Assembly: GCF_004010195.1 (NCBI RefSeq) | Contig: NC_057718.1 | Location: 58,247,704-58,311,703 of the forward strand | Length of the DNA: 64,000 nt | Reading direction: 5' to 3' | Source: Chiloscyllium plagiosum | Taxonomy: Eukaryota | Shown here: positions 50,313-62,810 of the stretch, one piece after another | How positions within the stretch are numbered: the first letter of the stretch is position 1 | Layout of the letters: the number at the start of each line of letters is the position of its first letter | Notes under the pieces: model-generated | What the model was told of the DNA's origin: nothing | The model's input: the letters and a program-made list of their open reading frames with translations, nothing else | Database searches by the model: none | Program-made: the position numbers and the translations under genes

Positions 50313-51389
50313 AAGTGTGCACCTTCCCCTCTATACATGAACCATATCAGAGATTTCAGTCAACACGTCACCTTTTCACAAAGTGTCTGTCTCCTTCCTT
50401 TACTTGCACTCCATGTAAACTTCCCTGAAAAACCTTGTCACAACTTACTGCACTTAAATACTATTCTTTTGACAACTGTTAAGGGATCTATCTAACTGTG
50501 CATTCCTAGATTTACAGAAATCCTTCTCATCGGCATCCAGAGTGGGAACAATATGTTTCCCATAATGATCCTCAATGAACAGTTCTACTGTGAAACGTCT
50601 GTGTTTTTTCATCTATTTTCAGCACTCTCGTCTTCAGCTACATTAAGTTTATTTCCACCCTATCTATAGTTTTACATCTTCCCCCGCAATAAAACACGTA
50701 CTTAAATTACTTTTTCTCACTCCAAAAACTACCCTGATGGCCATCATCCAACTTGCAAGGTAACCACCGAGTTCCAGTTCATCAGCTGGAGTCTGCCTTG
50801 TTTCGTGTGGTCTGTCACTGGAAGTGTAGGATCAGAATCCTCTTCAATTGGACTTTCTAAAATGTAAAAGACAAGAAGAATAAATCTCACAGCAAAGTGT
50901 TGCAAATAAGAGCAATTCTTGGCACAAATACAGAGAAGTGAAATACAGTCAGTGACCTAGCATGAGATTTTCAACATTATCTGACTGCAATCATGGCACA
51001 ATGGTGTAGGGAAATGACATTTCCTGCCTTTGCCTGATGCAATCCTAAAATTGATCACCTCATGCAATAGCATTGGAATTTGGTCATTGTTTCTGCAATG
51101 AGTTTCCATTGAGGAAGGAAATGGAGAATTTAAACATTCACCCATCTAAGGGCTATTATTTTATGCGATGCTATTTTCAAACCGGAGGCGAGGTATTGTA
51201 AATCGAAAATGCTGTATAGACCTTTAATTCATGTTCACCTGACCGTAACTGGCTAAACTAGATGAAATGCACCAGGAAGATCAGCTCTCAGACACCCTGA
51301 TCGACAGGAAAATTGTCAAGCATATAAATCGATATTTATATGCTTGACGTAACTTTTTATAAAAAGGGGTGAAATTGAAGTGCCTGGAT

Positions 51390-51655
51390 TTGAAAGTGAG
51401 AAGAGAAAGATTTAAAGGGGACCTGAGGGGCAATTTCTTCACACAGAGGGTGGTTCATATATGGAATGAACTGCCAGAGGAAGTGGTAGGTGGATGTACA
51501 AGTACAACATTTAAAAGACATTTGGACAGGTACATGAATAGGAGAGGTTTAGAAGGACATGGGCTAAATGGGACTATTTTAGGTTAGGAACCTGGGTCAA
51601 CATGGATGAATTGGACCAAAGGGTCTGTTTCTGTGCTGTATGACTCTGTGACTAC
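51390..51655 (+). mobile_element. CR1/HER1 LINE 3' end
   Basis: KVRRERFKGDLRGNFFTQRVVHIWNELPEEVV, then the UTR and tgactctgtgact tail. Confidence 0.9.
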
Positions 51656-52419
51656 GACTAGGACTGCAGTTAGAAGAAGCATCAGAATCAGTCAGTGTGA
51701 TTCTGACGTATAATCAATGATGGATTGACCAGCCATGTTGGAGATTATAAATGTTCCAAACAAATCATTGAATCTTGTCTGGAGGGGTCCGCACTCAGGA
51801 ACATAGGTCAGAAACAGGAGCTGAAAGGTCAAGGTAATCTAAGGGTAATCACCAAATCCAGGAGGTTTAGGACAGAAGTAGATCAGATTTGGAGAAATGC
51901 CAAGGTTTTTCTCCTCATATATTAAGATGATTTTATGTGTTTCGGGTAGGAGCCAAGCTTAAATTGTAGGGAGATTTAAACTGGACACACCAATCAAAGT
52001 GCTATGTGGCTTACACTGGTTTAAGAGGTTTTTAATCAGTTATTAGGAGGTTCGTCGTTGAGCCAAATGCAATATCTCAGATTTTATTATTGTGAAATCC
52101 TAATAATTGTTAGAGGCGGATCAGGAATGGGAACTATTTACAGACATAAAGGAACTTGTTAATCAAAGGAGGCCACGTTTGGTCTCTGGGTAATTCAAGT
52201 CCTCCTAGTATATGCATCACCATCCAATTTCGTGGACAATGGTGATGGATCTGATTTGTTCAATGGTTTAATTAGTAGATGCTGCTTTGTCTCTCTGGTG
52301 TGCTGGGGAGATACAAGAACCAACGCATAAAGGCCCAAGTAGCGCACAATTCCATGATAGATAGCTAGACACCAATGACATGTAAGAATCAAGGAGCACA
52401 CTCAACCAAAGGCTTTTTG

Positions 52420-52594
52420 GGGCCACCAACTTTGGTTGGACATATTCTGGGAGATGTTGTCACATGACCTACCATCCTAAGCTGTCCATATTCCAGGCTT
52501 CTGGTGACTGCCCAACAGTGCAGCCTCGTGGAGGCTTGCCTTCCTAAGATTCATCAACTGTCCCAGTTTTGACATTTGAAAATCTGGTCATCCC
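52420..52594. mobile_element. Possible hAT (Blackjack-like) non-autonomous fragment
   Basis: The right end reads agggatgaccagattttcaaatgtcaaaactgggac on the minus strand, resembling TAGGGTGACCAG termini; the left end is weak. Confidence 0.3.
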
Positions 52595-53366
52595 TGACCC
52601 AATCTCCACATTTCAATCCACTCCCTCCCCACCCACACCCTCCCATCCCTATCACCTGCTGCCCACCCCACCCCACCACCCCCTGCAATCTCTTAAAATG
52701 TGCAATGACAACATCCATAAATGTGCTACTGAAGACTTCCTCAATTGTGTGGATGTGCATTCGGGATGCTGTTCAATTGCCAAAACCAGAAATTCAAGCT
52801 GCTGTCAATGATATCTCTTCCTGCTCTTGTGGTTATCCAGGACATAGTTGATGAGAGACTGTATCCTGTTCTGTTCAATAACCTACAGTCTCTTCTCTCT
52901 CTGCTGACCACACCAACTGCTGTTCTTTTCATCTCTCCTTCTGGTAAAAAAGTTTGAAGTGAGCAAGTCGTTACTATTACCATAGCTGTTCTTGTTTCCC
53001 AATGTGAGAATTTTGCTCCTTGCTCAGCAGTTCCCTTGACTAATTCAGGTGTGGTATCAGCATTTGGAGTTGATACTTAATTGTAACAGGATAAAGAGTT
53101 TGAATTTCCTATTGGACATGTTAATGATTTCCAATTATGCTTTTTCTCATACGATGCAACACTATCTCTGTTACCACTCTAATACTCCACAATGTTGAAG
53201 CCACATATCAGGCCACCCCTCCCCCCCCCCCCCCCCCCCCCCAATTGCTTTTATATAAAATGGAGACTCAAGCTTGTTGACAGAAGAACTTGAAAAGTCA
53301 CATTCAATCACACAGTTGTAACACCAGCCACATGGTCACCTTATTTAATTCTGATGAAGAGTCATC

Positions 53367-53728
53367 GAGTTATAGAGATGTACAGCATGGAAACAGACCC
53401 TTAGGTCCAACTCATCCATGCTGACCAGGTATCCTAGCCTCATCTAGTCCCATTTACCATTTGCCGCATATCCCGCTGAAGCCTCCCTATTCATATACTC
53501 ATCCAGATGCCTTTTAAATGCTACAATTATACCAGCCTCCACCACTTCCTCTGGTAGTTCATTCCATACACACTCCACCCTCTGTGTGAAAAAAATTGCC
53601 CCTTAATTCCCTTTTATATCTTTCCCGTTGTACTCTGAGGTAATCTTGGTGTCATCTGCAAACTTACTAACTATACCTCCTATGTTCACATCCAAATCAT
53701 TTATATAAATGACAAAATGTAGTGGACC
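53367..53728 (-). mobile_element. CR1/HER1 LINE with an internal deletion, abutting the ERV LTR
   Basis: The 3' UTR is joined directly to [28 protein letters not shown]. Confidence 0.88.
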
Positions 53729-54217
53729 TGGGGGAGGAGGGGGAACTGGATTCTCAGTTCTGCGACCGGTCAGTAAACACACTTTGTCCATCACACAAGC
53801 AATTGTTTATTCTTTGAAATGGCCAGGTCAGTAGACTCTGATCTGCCCAGACATATGAATACTCCGGGATCACCAAAAAAATCCGATGACTTACAGGGTT
53901 TGCATAGGGTTTATATACATTGTTCATAGTCAAGCATGGAGCATGATCATTTGGTAACAACCAAATCAAATTCTCTGAAGTCTGCGTGCACTTTTGTCTT
54001 AGCCTATCATGGATTTTTTTTTAAACAACTTGTTCTCAGAATTGTATTTGTCCTGCCTTGTGGTTAGGGTTCAGCCGTTACTTCTGCAATTAATTGGATC
54101 TACAGCAGTCTGTGGTTTCTTGTTTCTGTCTGGTTTAGTGCAATTTAACAATGCAGAAGCCATTTTCTGCAGCTCCTTCAGCTATTTTGTCCTATCTCCC
54201 AGATGCCCACACCCTCA
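53729..54217 (-). repeat. ERV 3' LTR (about 490 bp)
   Basis: Starts TGAGGG right after the PPT aaagtgggggaa (54218-54229); TATATAAA at 53910-53917, AATAAA at 53806-53811; ends CCCCCA. Confidence 0.82.
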
Positions 54218-54258
54218 TTCCCCCACTTTGATTGCACTGCGATCACTAAAAGGCAAGG

Positions 54259-56448
54259 CTAATCCAAACAAATGCCCTTCAAGGTGTTCCAGCCATCAGC
54301 ATCCTCTAGAGCAGAACCACCACCTTTGCTGCTCACCTGGTCACATTTATCATCGCCATCAACATGTGTGGGTGAGCCATCGGATCGCAAAAGGAGCATC
54401 TTCTGGGGTGAGTCTATATCGCTAAGGGAGCTCATAAGTTTAGCAATTAAATACTTAATAATAACAATACCGACAAACAGACCAAAGAGAATGATTCCAA
54501 TATGCATAGCTAAATTGATAAGCCAATTGTACCAAGAGCCTGATCCACAGTCTCCTCAACTGGTCCCTTCAGTAATTCTGTCAAGGAACACTTAGATCTC
54601 ATCTTGTATCTTTGTAATATTACCAGTGTGATTGGGAATGTCCATAATGCATTTGTCTTGGACAATTGTACAGACCCCACCTTCCCAGGCTGGTATATAC
54701 TTTAAGGTGAACTGCTTCTGCATAGAGTAAAGACGCAGATCTGATAATCCCAATTTAATCTGTTCCAGAGCCTCTTTGATCTTATTTCCTAGAATAGTCC
54801 CAGATGAGGTAATTGCAGTTCTTTTGACTTATTACCCCCCGCCGATCCTCCCAAACTCAGGATTCCCTAGCTTATCGAATGTTCTGTATTGTCACCCAAT
54901 CCCTTGGGATCCTTCCAGTTGGAGCAAAAGTCGGCTGAGACCGAATGTTGCATCCTCCAGAGGTGAAGGTTCCATCGAGTTGTCCACCGGCCAGGGCAAG
55001 GTACTGTTGTGGGAACAAGGGCTCCGATAGCAACCTTATGGGGAACATATTTGCCATCAAGAACAAGAAAATTGGCAGCTTTTTCTTGGCTGAAGAAATA
55101 ATAGCCTGGTTTGGTGTATACGAGGGAGGGTTTGTTAAAATAGATTACTGAAATGGTCAGGTCTACAGGAGTAAAGGGCCAACATTTTGCAAGAGGCACC
55201 ATTTGAGCACCATAAGAAATGGGCAAAGTGACTGCTGAGCGCTCGGACTGTATGGTAGATAATGGTCCTCAGAATTCTATTCCCATTAGGCTCTTAGCTC
55301 TATTGCACGTGGTCTTGGTGACAGTATCAGATTCTGAAAAGAGAAAAGACCTATAAACATGAAAGGGAAGGGCTCCGTTCTGGGTCCGTACATGGAGATG
55401 GGTATAATTACTTATGCCGCATAAGGCCTGTTGTACTCCAGCCAGTGGAATTCAAGCTGTTTGTATGCACGGGCAGGAGGTATAAGGCCCCTTTGTTTTA
55501 CATGAATGGACAAGACAATTCTCAAATAGGCAGGAGATGTTATGTGGAACATGAACAATTGCATGCCCATAGCCAGTTTCATCAAAGCAATTCTCATACG
55601 ACCCTGCAATAGAATTAGAAGTTGTCAGCAAACAGGTGGCAGGAGGGCTAATATGGTGTCGGAGGGTCAGCAGTCAGGAGCCTGACGAATAGATTGGGAT
55701 CGGGGACTGGAGAAGGGGCAAATAAATTATCTACCGATAGAAAGGAGTAACGTACTACTGACTCTGGGATGAAGAGTGTCCTGTGGGCCTGTATAAATAC
55801 GTTTTTTGTGGATTGAGGTGTTTTCCCAATCAGGCTTCTCTTTTCTCGAGTAGGTCCATCCTGCAAAAAGGGACGGTGCTCCCGGGCCTCCTTAAAACAT
55901 TCACCATAGGAACGGGGTTGATAATTTCTATCCTCACTCGGCTTCTGTCTGCAGGTAAAATCAAAAAGACAAGTTTGGTACTGACACGGTAATTTCCACT
56001 AATTTCTACTGTCCAGGTGGACCATACGGTCTTTCTGATGTAAAAATCCATTGCAATAATCAATCTTAGTCAAGCTCCACACATTAAAGGTGTCTGGTCC
56101 GGTGAACTGCACCACATCTCCTCGGCATTGGTGGTAGATAATCTCGGATCATTCCGGATCGCATCGATGTTTAGTGGCTTTCCCCATCAGGATGTTGTAT
56201 GTGATCAAACAGGTCAGTAAGTAAGGGACCCACTTGTCCCTCCTCTTAGTTCAAGTGTCTGGAATAAGATTAGCATTAAAACAATGGCAAAATTCAAAAA
56301 CCCAAATAGAGCCATAGATTGAGATCGTTTCAGCCCCAAGACGTCTAATCATTCGCTTTATCGGGTAAAACTGCTTGTGGAATGAGCACCAGCTATCCTG
56401 AGGTATTCTCTCCTCTTCTGCCCCCTTTTGATTGGTGCGGCCAATCAA
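54259..56448 (-). pseudogene. env: ERV envelope (disrupted)
   Basis: Signal-like WVPYLLTCLITYNILMG; decayed cleavage site RMQH/SV; fusion-peptide-like GILSLGGSAG; heptad/ISD LSDLRLYSMQKQFTLKY..WEGGVCTIVQDKC; TM anchor WYNWLINLAMHIGIILFGLFVGIVII. Confidence 0.88.
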
Positions 56449-57680
56449 TTTATAATGATGCAGGTGGACGCTGCCGAGCGACCAGAGACTTTGACTGCTG
56501 TAGGGGTGGTAAGTAAAACCTGGAAGGGGCCATCCCAGTGAGGTTGGAGACCCTTGTGAGTCCAGTTCCTGATGAGCACAAACGAACCAGGCACCACCCG
56601 TGACGAGGCTGAAAGGGAGAGAACATCGCCATAGACTGTGTGCATCTGGGAGTGAAAGGCACTCACAACGTTAATTAGAACAAGAAATAACAAAACATTT
56701 TCTCGGTCATGTGGTGGATGTGGACTGAGGAGGGAGCCGAATCGTTCCAAGGAGTATGGAGCGGGCGGCTGTAGAGAATCTCAGTTGGAGATAGTCATGT
56801 CTTGCCCACAGGTGCGGATCACATCTGGAATAAGGCCACAGGGAGCAGCATAACCCAGGAGAGGACAGTCTCAGCCATTACTTTGGCATGTTTAGTCTTA
56901 AGAGTCTGGTTAAAACATTCAACAAGGCTGGCAGCCTGAGGACGATAAGCACAATGCAATTGCCAATGAATAGAAAACTGGGAACAGAGCTCTTCATTAA
57001 TATAACCCACATGGTGCAGTCCATTGTCCGAGCTAATGCAGTCAGCTATACTGAAGCAGGGAATAATTTCCTTAAGCAAAATCTTCACCACAGTCTCAGC
57101 GACAGTGTTGGTAAGAGGGTAGACTTCAATCCACTTAGAAAATACATCAACAATAACCAAAATGTATTTATAATATTGGCATTTACTCAACTCAATGTAA
57201 TCCAGTTGGAGTATCTCAAAAGGACTGCCAGGTGAAGGGTTATCTTCCCCTGATCACAGGGCACACTCTTGCCACGGTTATACTCCTGACAGATCAAGCA
57301 ATGGCCACTAACTCTCTGAGCCAACAAACTGCAGGTGGGCATGCCACCAGGTGTTCAGAAGTAAGTCACTAACCCCTCTGGCACCACCATGAGTTGTGCA
57401 ATGAACACATTCAATAATCCATAGAACAAGATCATCAGACACACAAGTTTGACCCACGGGAGTAGTCCAGAGTTGAGTGTCAGTGTCATACACACAGTCC
57501 AACTTGGACCATAACAGCTTATCAGTGTCAGGGGCGTCCCCCTGAAGTTTAACAACATCTTGGAAGGTTGGCACTAATTTATTTGAAGTAGACTGGTTCT
57601 TGTTAGAATTTGTAGGCTGCCTCATCATTCTGGACACAACCATAAGATCCCCTTTAGAGGCTGCTTTTCAGATGGCGCCA
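56445..57680 (-). pseudogene. pol: ERV pol 3' part (end of RNase H linker and integrase)
   Basis: HHCC (VHCTTHGG...CLICQEYN), DDE (LQLDYI, ISSDNG, LVECFNQTLK), YILVIVDVFSKWIEVYP, C-terminal LQPHWDGPFQVLLTTPTAVKV. Confidence 0.93.
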
Positions 57681-57774
57681 CAGATTATTATCCAGAATAT
57701 TACTGTTTACTGTTAAGATTCTGAGATCTACACTCCTCATCCATCAGAAACATCCTCCCCATAATGTCCATATC

Positions 57775-58520
57775 CAAGATGGTGACAGAGTAGCAGAGTT
57801 GCATGTGGAGTCTTGCCCAGGATTCATTCGCTTCTGCATGCTTTCTTTCATTTTATTTCTGCTGCTTTTCTTTTTTTTCATTGTTTTTGGATTTCTTTGT
57901 GGCAGTTAGTCGGCAAAGTTGGCATGGCAGCTAGACACAGAATAGCCGCTCCTCATGGTGACTGGAGGCGGCAGCAGTAGTGGCAGTAGAGACATCCTTC
58001 TGATGTTTGGATCTGGCAGCGGCAAAGCTCCTCCAGCGATCGGAGATGGCAGTGGACTTTTGAAGATGGGAAGGCAACATCTCAGAGGAGGGAAGTTGGC
58101 GCAGAATTCTTAGTGAGACTGGCAATGGCAGTCTGATCTGGTAGTGCAGCCAGGGTCTCCTGGTTGCAGTAGGCCTCGAGCAGGGAATCCTGGGTTGGTG
58201 AGCAGCAGCTGCAATGGCGGCAACATGACATGCCCAGAGGCACGACTCCTAGCTGTGGGAGAAGATGAATCTAGCAGTCAAGACATGGCGCTTAAAGATT
58301 GGTGACTCCTGTGTTGGTGTATCTGGGGCAAGTGCGATGGAGGAGGGGTGGTGGCACAGATGTCGTTGGCGAGCCAGCTCAAAACTCTCAGTTATATCTT
58401 TTATCCTTTTTATTCTTAAATTATTCAAAATAATGCAGGATTGCAGCAAATGTTGAAGCGTTTAACTGTATTTTACTGTCTTATTCACTGTAAAAATGCA
58501 AGTGACAATAAATAAATAAT
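57775..58520 (+). mobile_element. Non-coding retroposon with a GC-rich body and Rex/Babar-like tail
   Basis: Starts caagatggtg; ends gtgacaataaataaataa, similar to the tail of the LINE at 38005. Confidence 0.45.
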
Positions 58521-61500
58521 TTATATTAATTTTGCTGTGGCTTGGACAAATAACCTGCAAGGATTTGCTTTCCTTTTCTGCAGCATTGCAGTCAACAGCA
58601 ACATTTTGGAGCAGATTATTCCTGGCTAATCCAGGAATGCAGATCATAAGCCAATACAATTTGGGTATTTTGAAATCACAAAACTGCTTTCATGAAATAT
58701 ACTTGATCCCCCAGCAAGGTCTGAGACCACTCCTACGGTGATACCGAAACTGTAACGAGTAAGAACCATTGTTCTTTACTGTGCTACTTTCCTATTACTG
58801 CCATTGTGGATATATTTCTAACATGTTCAAAGTTCTACATCTCATTTGCAGCACATCCCCTCTCTTTTCTTCTGCAGTTTCTCAGTGGCACCAGTACAAA
58901 CTCAGTGACAAACAGGCTGGCCCCACAAGACCTGCCCTCTTCCACCTCTGAGGAAGATAGATCAGCAAGACTCCTTCCTTCAATCCCCTCCTCCGCATAA
59001 CAAGCTCAGATACTGATACCTTAGTGGTATTTTATCTGGATTCATACCAGAGCACCTGCCTGTGGGTTCTTCTCTGCCATGTCTCCACAGCAGTCAGTGG
59101 AATAAACACCCCAGGTCACTGGCACTCAGAGTACTGCTGGAGAACAGGCGCCTGGTAGAAGTAATCCAACAACTTCATTCAAATGCACAAGCAGACACAG
59201 GAGCAGCAGGGAGCTTTGTTCCAGGCACTGGGTAATCTGACACAAAGGTTCCACAACCCCACCATCACTTAGGCTGTGTTGTTTCTGGCACATCGTTGTC
59301 TGGTTGCTTCTTCGGGCAGGTTGGTGGCTCTCTTGGAAAGCCAAGTCCAACTGTCTCAGATCAGCTCCTGCACCATGTGCAGTTTATGGGAACTTAGGCA
59401 ACAAGGGTAAATCTTTCCAAGATGCAATATATTACTTGTGCAGCACAGCCATTAGTGGGATTAGGATCTGGAGGAGCAAGTGGTGAGTTGGATTCACCAG
59501 GGAACTGCTCTGACTTCCATGGTGGGAATTGTCACCACTTAGTTTCATTTCTGTGGCTGGGGCAATGGGAAAACATAAATTAATGAAGCCAGCATAGGCA
59601 ATGATGACAACAGACCTCTTGCTGCTCACCGATGAGAATCTCATCTTGATGTTCAACTCTTGGATGGAAAGCGGGTCATATTTGCTCATGATGGTGAGAT
59701 GCTCCTTGCTGGCATCTCTTGTGACTTTTTCCAACTTTCTTACTATGACCCATGGCACTCAGTAACTGAGAACATTCCACCCATGGAATTCTGATGGTTC
59801 TTATGGTCATATTTTGAATATTCCATCATGGGTCTGTTGGCTGCTATCCAGTTAATATTATTAGTGCTGCATTAGTTAATCAAATCTAAATGTACAGTCC
59901 GTCAACAGGATTTGAATTGCATTAATCTTCAGAGCTAGTCATATAAGGGAGTTGCAATGTCCTCAGTGCTGATTGTAAATCATCACTCCTTACCACACAT
60001 GAACACAACATTTCCCTCACTCATACATGAAATGAAAAATTTGCCTACATAATGGAGAATTATTTCCTTCACTGAGAATATTCCCATAGTTGAGAAACTC
60101 AGTTTCCAGTTGGACTTTGAAAACTAAAAGATGTCAGAGTTAGCGTGGATTATAAATCACAGGAGCAGGATGCATTACATTTATTTCTCAGACATACCAA
60201 GGAAATATCTAACACTGAATCAGAATGATTAAGAAATCTCCTGAGCATCTATTGGATCCTAATCATCTCTGAGCTGGACTCAGAATTAAAACATCTTGCT
60301 ACAATGCAAGAAATTTATGAAACAAGGTGGAAGACAAAAGAACTCGTTAATTAGAGAAAAACCACCAATTAGAAGCAGGCCTCATATTTGCAAGTGGGGA
60401 CCGACCTGCATTCAGTGTTGAATGTGTAGCTAATCTATCAAAACATATTGGAATATTTTCTTAACACATAGTTCGTTGGATTTTATATAAAATCAGACCA
60501 TTGCTATTGTAGGTTTATGTGTGAATATTCTGACTGCCTTATGAAGTGATCGTATTCTATAAATGCCATTTTTTAAAATGTGAAGTCGGACAGTTATGCG
60601 GAGTAGAAATCTCGCCAGATTGGTTTGTTTTTGGTCCCAGAGTCAGTATTGCACAGTAGCACAGAACTAATCAAGAGGCACAATCAATACACTTGCTCAC
60701 AGGCTCTCATTAAGATAGAATAAATGAGCTCCAGTGTAGCATACTCACAGTATTGTCTTACCTGGAGTATGAATATCAGGTTGTTTTGATTTCAATTTGA
60801 AGTCAACTTATGCCTGTAGGCAAGTACTCAGCAGAGCTGCCCAAGGAGAACTGTCAAGGTCAGTCACACCCCAGGTACTGCGTCCTCCTTTCAACCTTTG
60901 GAGATCTTAGATTGGGAGGTCAATAGAAGAAGCAAGATCTTCATCCCACCAAGGGATTGGAAATTGTCCAGGCAATTTGTTCAGCAGCAGTGAGCAGTAG
61001 AATGGGTCAGTAAACAAACTGTGTCCCGTTGGCATGGGCGCAATGTCTTGCCTGACCAACTTGGCTAAAGGGAAGACATTTAACTCCTTATTTACTTTAC
61101 TGCATAACTCTACACTACCGGATTGCTAACTTTCACATGCTTCAATTTACACATATTAAAAAAAAAAGTCTTGTCAATCATATCATGCAGTTAAGGAGGC
61201 CTAAGAATCATTTTAATTTATAGCAGTGATTGAATTTCTTGCATACTTACAATGCAGCATATGCAACATCAATTTAGTGGATGAAAACTAAGTAAATTAT
61301 AATCACTTTTCTACGACTTGTAAGAACCATGTGTTTTTTTGTGTCTTGAAAAATTGGGGATTGCAAGGAGAAAGAACTGTTCTTAAAAGCAAATATTTAT
61401 CAGAATGGTTATAAAACTTCACAACGAGGAATTCAATGCACATTGTGAACTCTATTTTTTGTGTCTATGAGTTCCTGCAATGTGCAGATGTTTAGGTGCT

Positions 61501-61805
61501 GTGGAGTTGATTATAATTGAAACTGAGTGGTTCTCAGCTGGCTGAGCAGGTTGGAACTAGAAGCAGGTTACAGAAACACAGATACAAAGAGAGCAAAATG
61601 TGTGTTGTTTCCTCCAGTAGAAACTGCCAGTTCTCTGCAACAAAAAACTAAATTTAAACCCAAAGAAAACCAATTGCCTTTCCTGCAGCACCTGCCATGA
61701 ACTGGCACTGTTCAAGTGAATCAGTATTTTTTACAGACCAGTGAAACCTTCCAAATAAAGACAACTGAACAGGGCCTGGTTAGATGAAGTAGGATCATCT
61801 GAAGT

Positions 61806-62110
61806 GGGCGGCACGGTGGCTCAGTGGTTAGCACTGCTGCCTCACAGCGCCGGAGACCCGGGTTCAATTCCCGCCTCAGGTGACTGACTGTGTAGAGTTT
61901 GCACGTTCTCCCTGTGTCTGCGTGGGTTTCCTCCGGGTGCTCCGGTTTCCTCCCACTGTCCAAAGATGTGCAGGTCAGGTGAATTGGCCATGCTAAATTG
62001 TCCGTAGTGTTAGGTAAGGGGTAAATGTAGGGATTTGGGTGGGTTGCGCTTCAGCGGGTCGGTGTGGACTTGTTGGGCCGAAGGGCCTGTTTCCACACTA
62101 TAATCTAATC
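61806..62110 (+). mobile_element. Full-length young HE1-like V-SINE
   Basis: A box tggctcagtgg, B box ggttcaattcc, V domain, CR1-type tail ttgggccgaagggcctgtttcc, (TAATC)n end; CpGs largely intact. Confidence 0.95.
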
Positions 62111-62419
62111 ATTTCAACATCGGAATCAGGAAATAAAGACCATTGAACTGACTTTCCAGCTTTTTTCCACCTTCATTGCTAGTTTACATTCCTTATTCGT
62201 TTGACTATGTGTGTAGAGCTATTTTAAGAAAGTTGTCAGGACACTGAGACATTTAGTGAAAAACGAAAACTGTCCCATTAAGGCTGGGTCATTTGGTCAC
62301 TTTGAGGTCAGTCAGTTGAGAAGAAACTATAGGTAGTGAGGAGTCCCTGATCTCTAACCAGTGTTTAGTTTTGAATATAGGTGAAAGTTCATTTGGAGAG
62401 TCAGGCCCAGGGCTCTGCA

Positions 62420-62810
62420 TAAATCCAGCACGGTGCAAGGGTCAAGGACATCACTGAACAGTTGCACAACATCCCAAGGAGTCAGAAAGTACAGCCAGCA
62501 TTTGTGGTCCATATTGGTACCAATAAATGGAGAAATTTAGTGTGACAATTAATATTTAGGGAGCTAAATAGGAAGTTAATGAGTAGAAGCTCAAAAGTAA
62601 TAATCTCTGGAATACGCCCAGTATTATGTACAGGTGAGTACAGAAATAGGAGGATAGAGGGGATGATTGCATGACTGGAGAAATTGTGCAGGACAGACAG
62701 CTTTCACTTCTTGGAATTTTTCCATCAGTTCTGGGGGAGATGGAGCCTCTTTAGGCTGGACCCAATCAGAATTGAAAGTAATTTTCTTGTGGGGAAATTT
62801 GCTGAGGAGG
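62420..62810 (+). mobile_element. CR1 ORF1 SGNH-esterase-like remnant
   Basis: ggtgcaagggtcaaggacatc (GARVKDI), gtggtccatattggtaccaat (VVHIGTN), tcaaaagtaataatctctgga (SKVIISG). Confidence 0.7.

Larger units (their letters stand above)
53729..57680 (-). mobile_element. 5'-truncated class I (gamma/epsilon-like) endogenous retrovirus
   Basis: Integrase, env, PPT and LTR in canonical order on the minus strand. Confidence 0.92.

Noticed and set aside
53215..53242. Long poly-C run
   Set aside because: A simple homopolymer whose length may be unreliable in the assembly
54009..55151. Plus-strand ORFs over the ERV (138, 107, 84 and 68 aa)
   Set aside because: Antisense to env and the LTR, mostly with non-ATG starts; nothing supports a real antisense gene
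61806..61880. tRNA gene-like sequence (also at 44656, 49671, 34700)
   Set aside because: These are SINE heads that run directly into SINE bodies, not standalone tRNA genes
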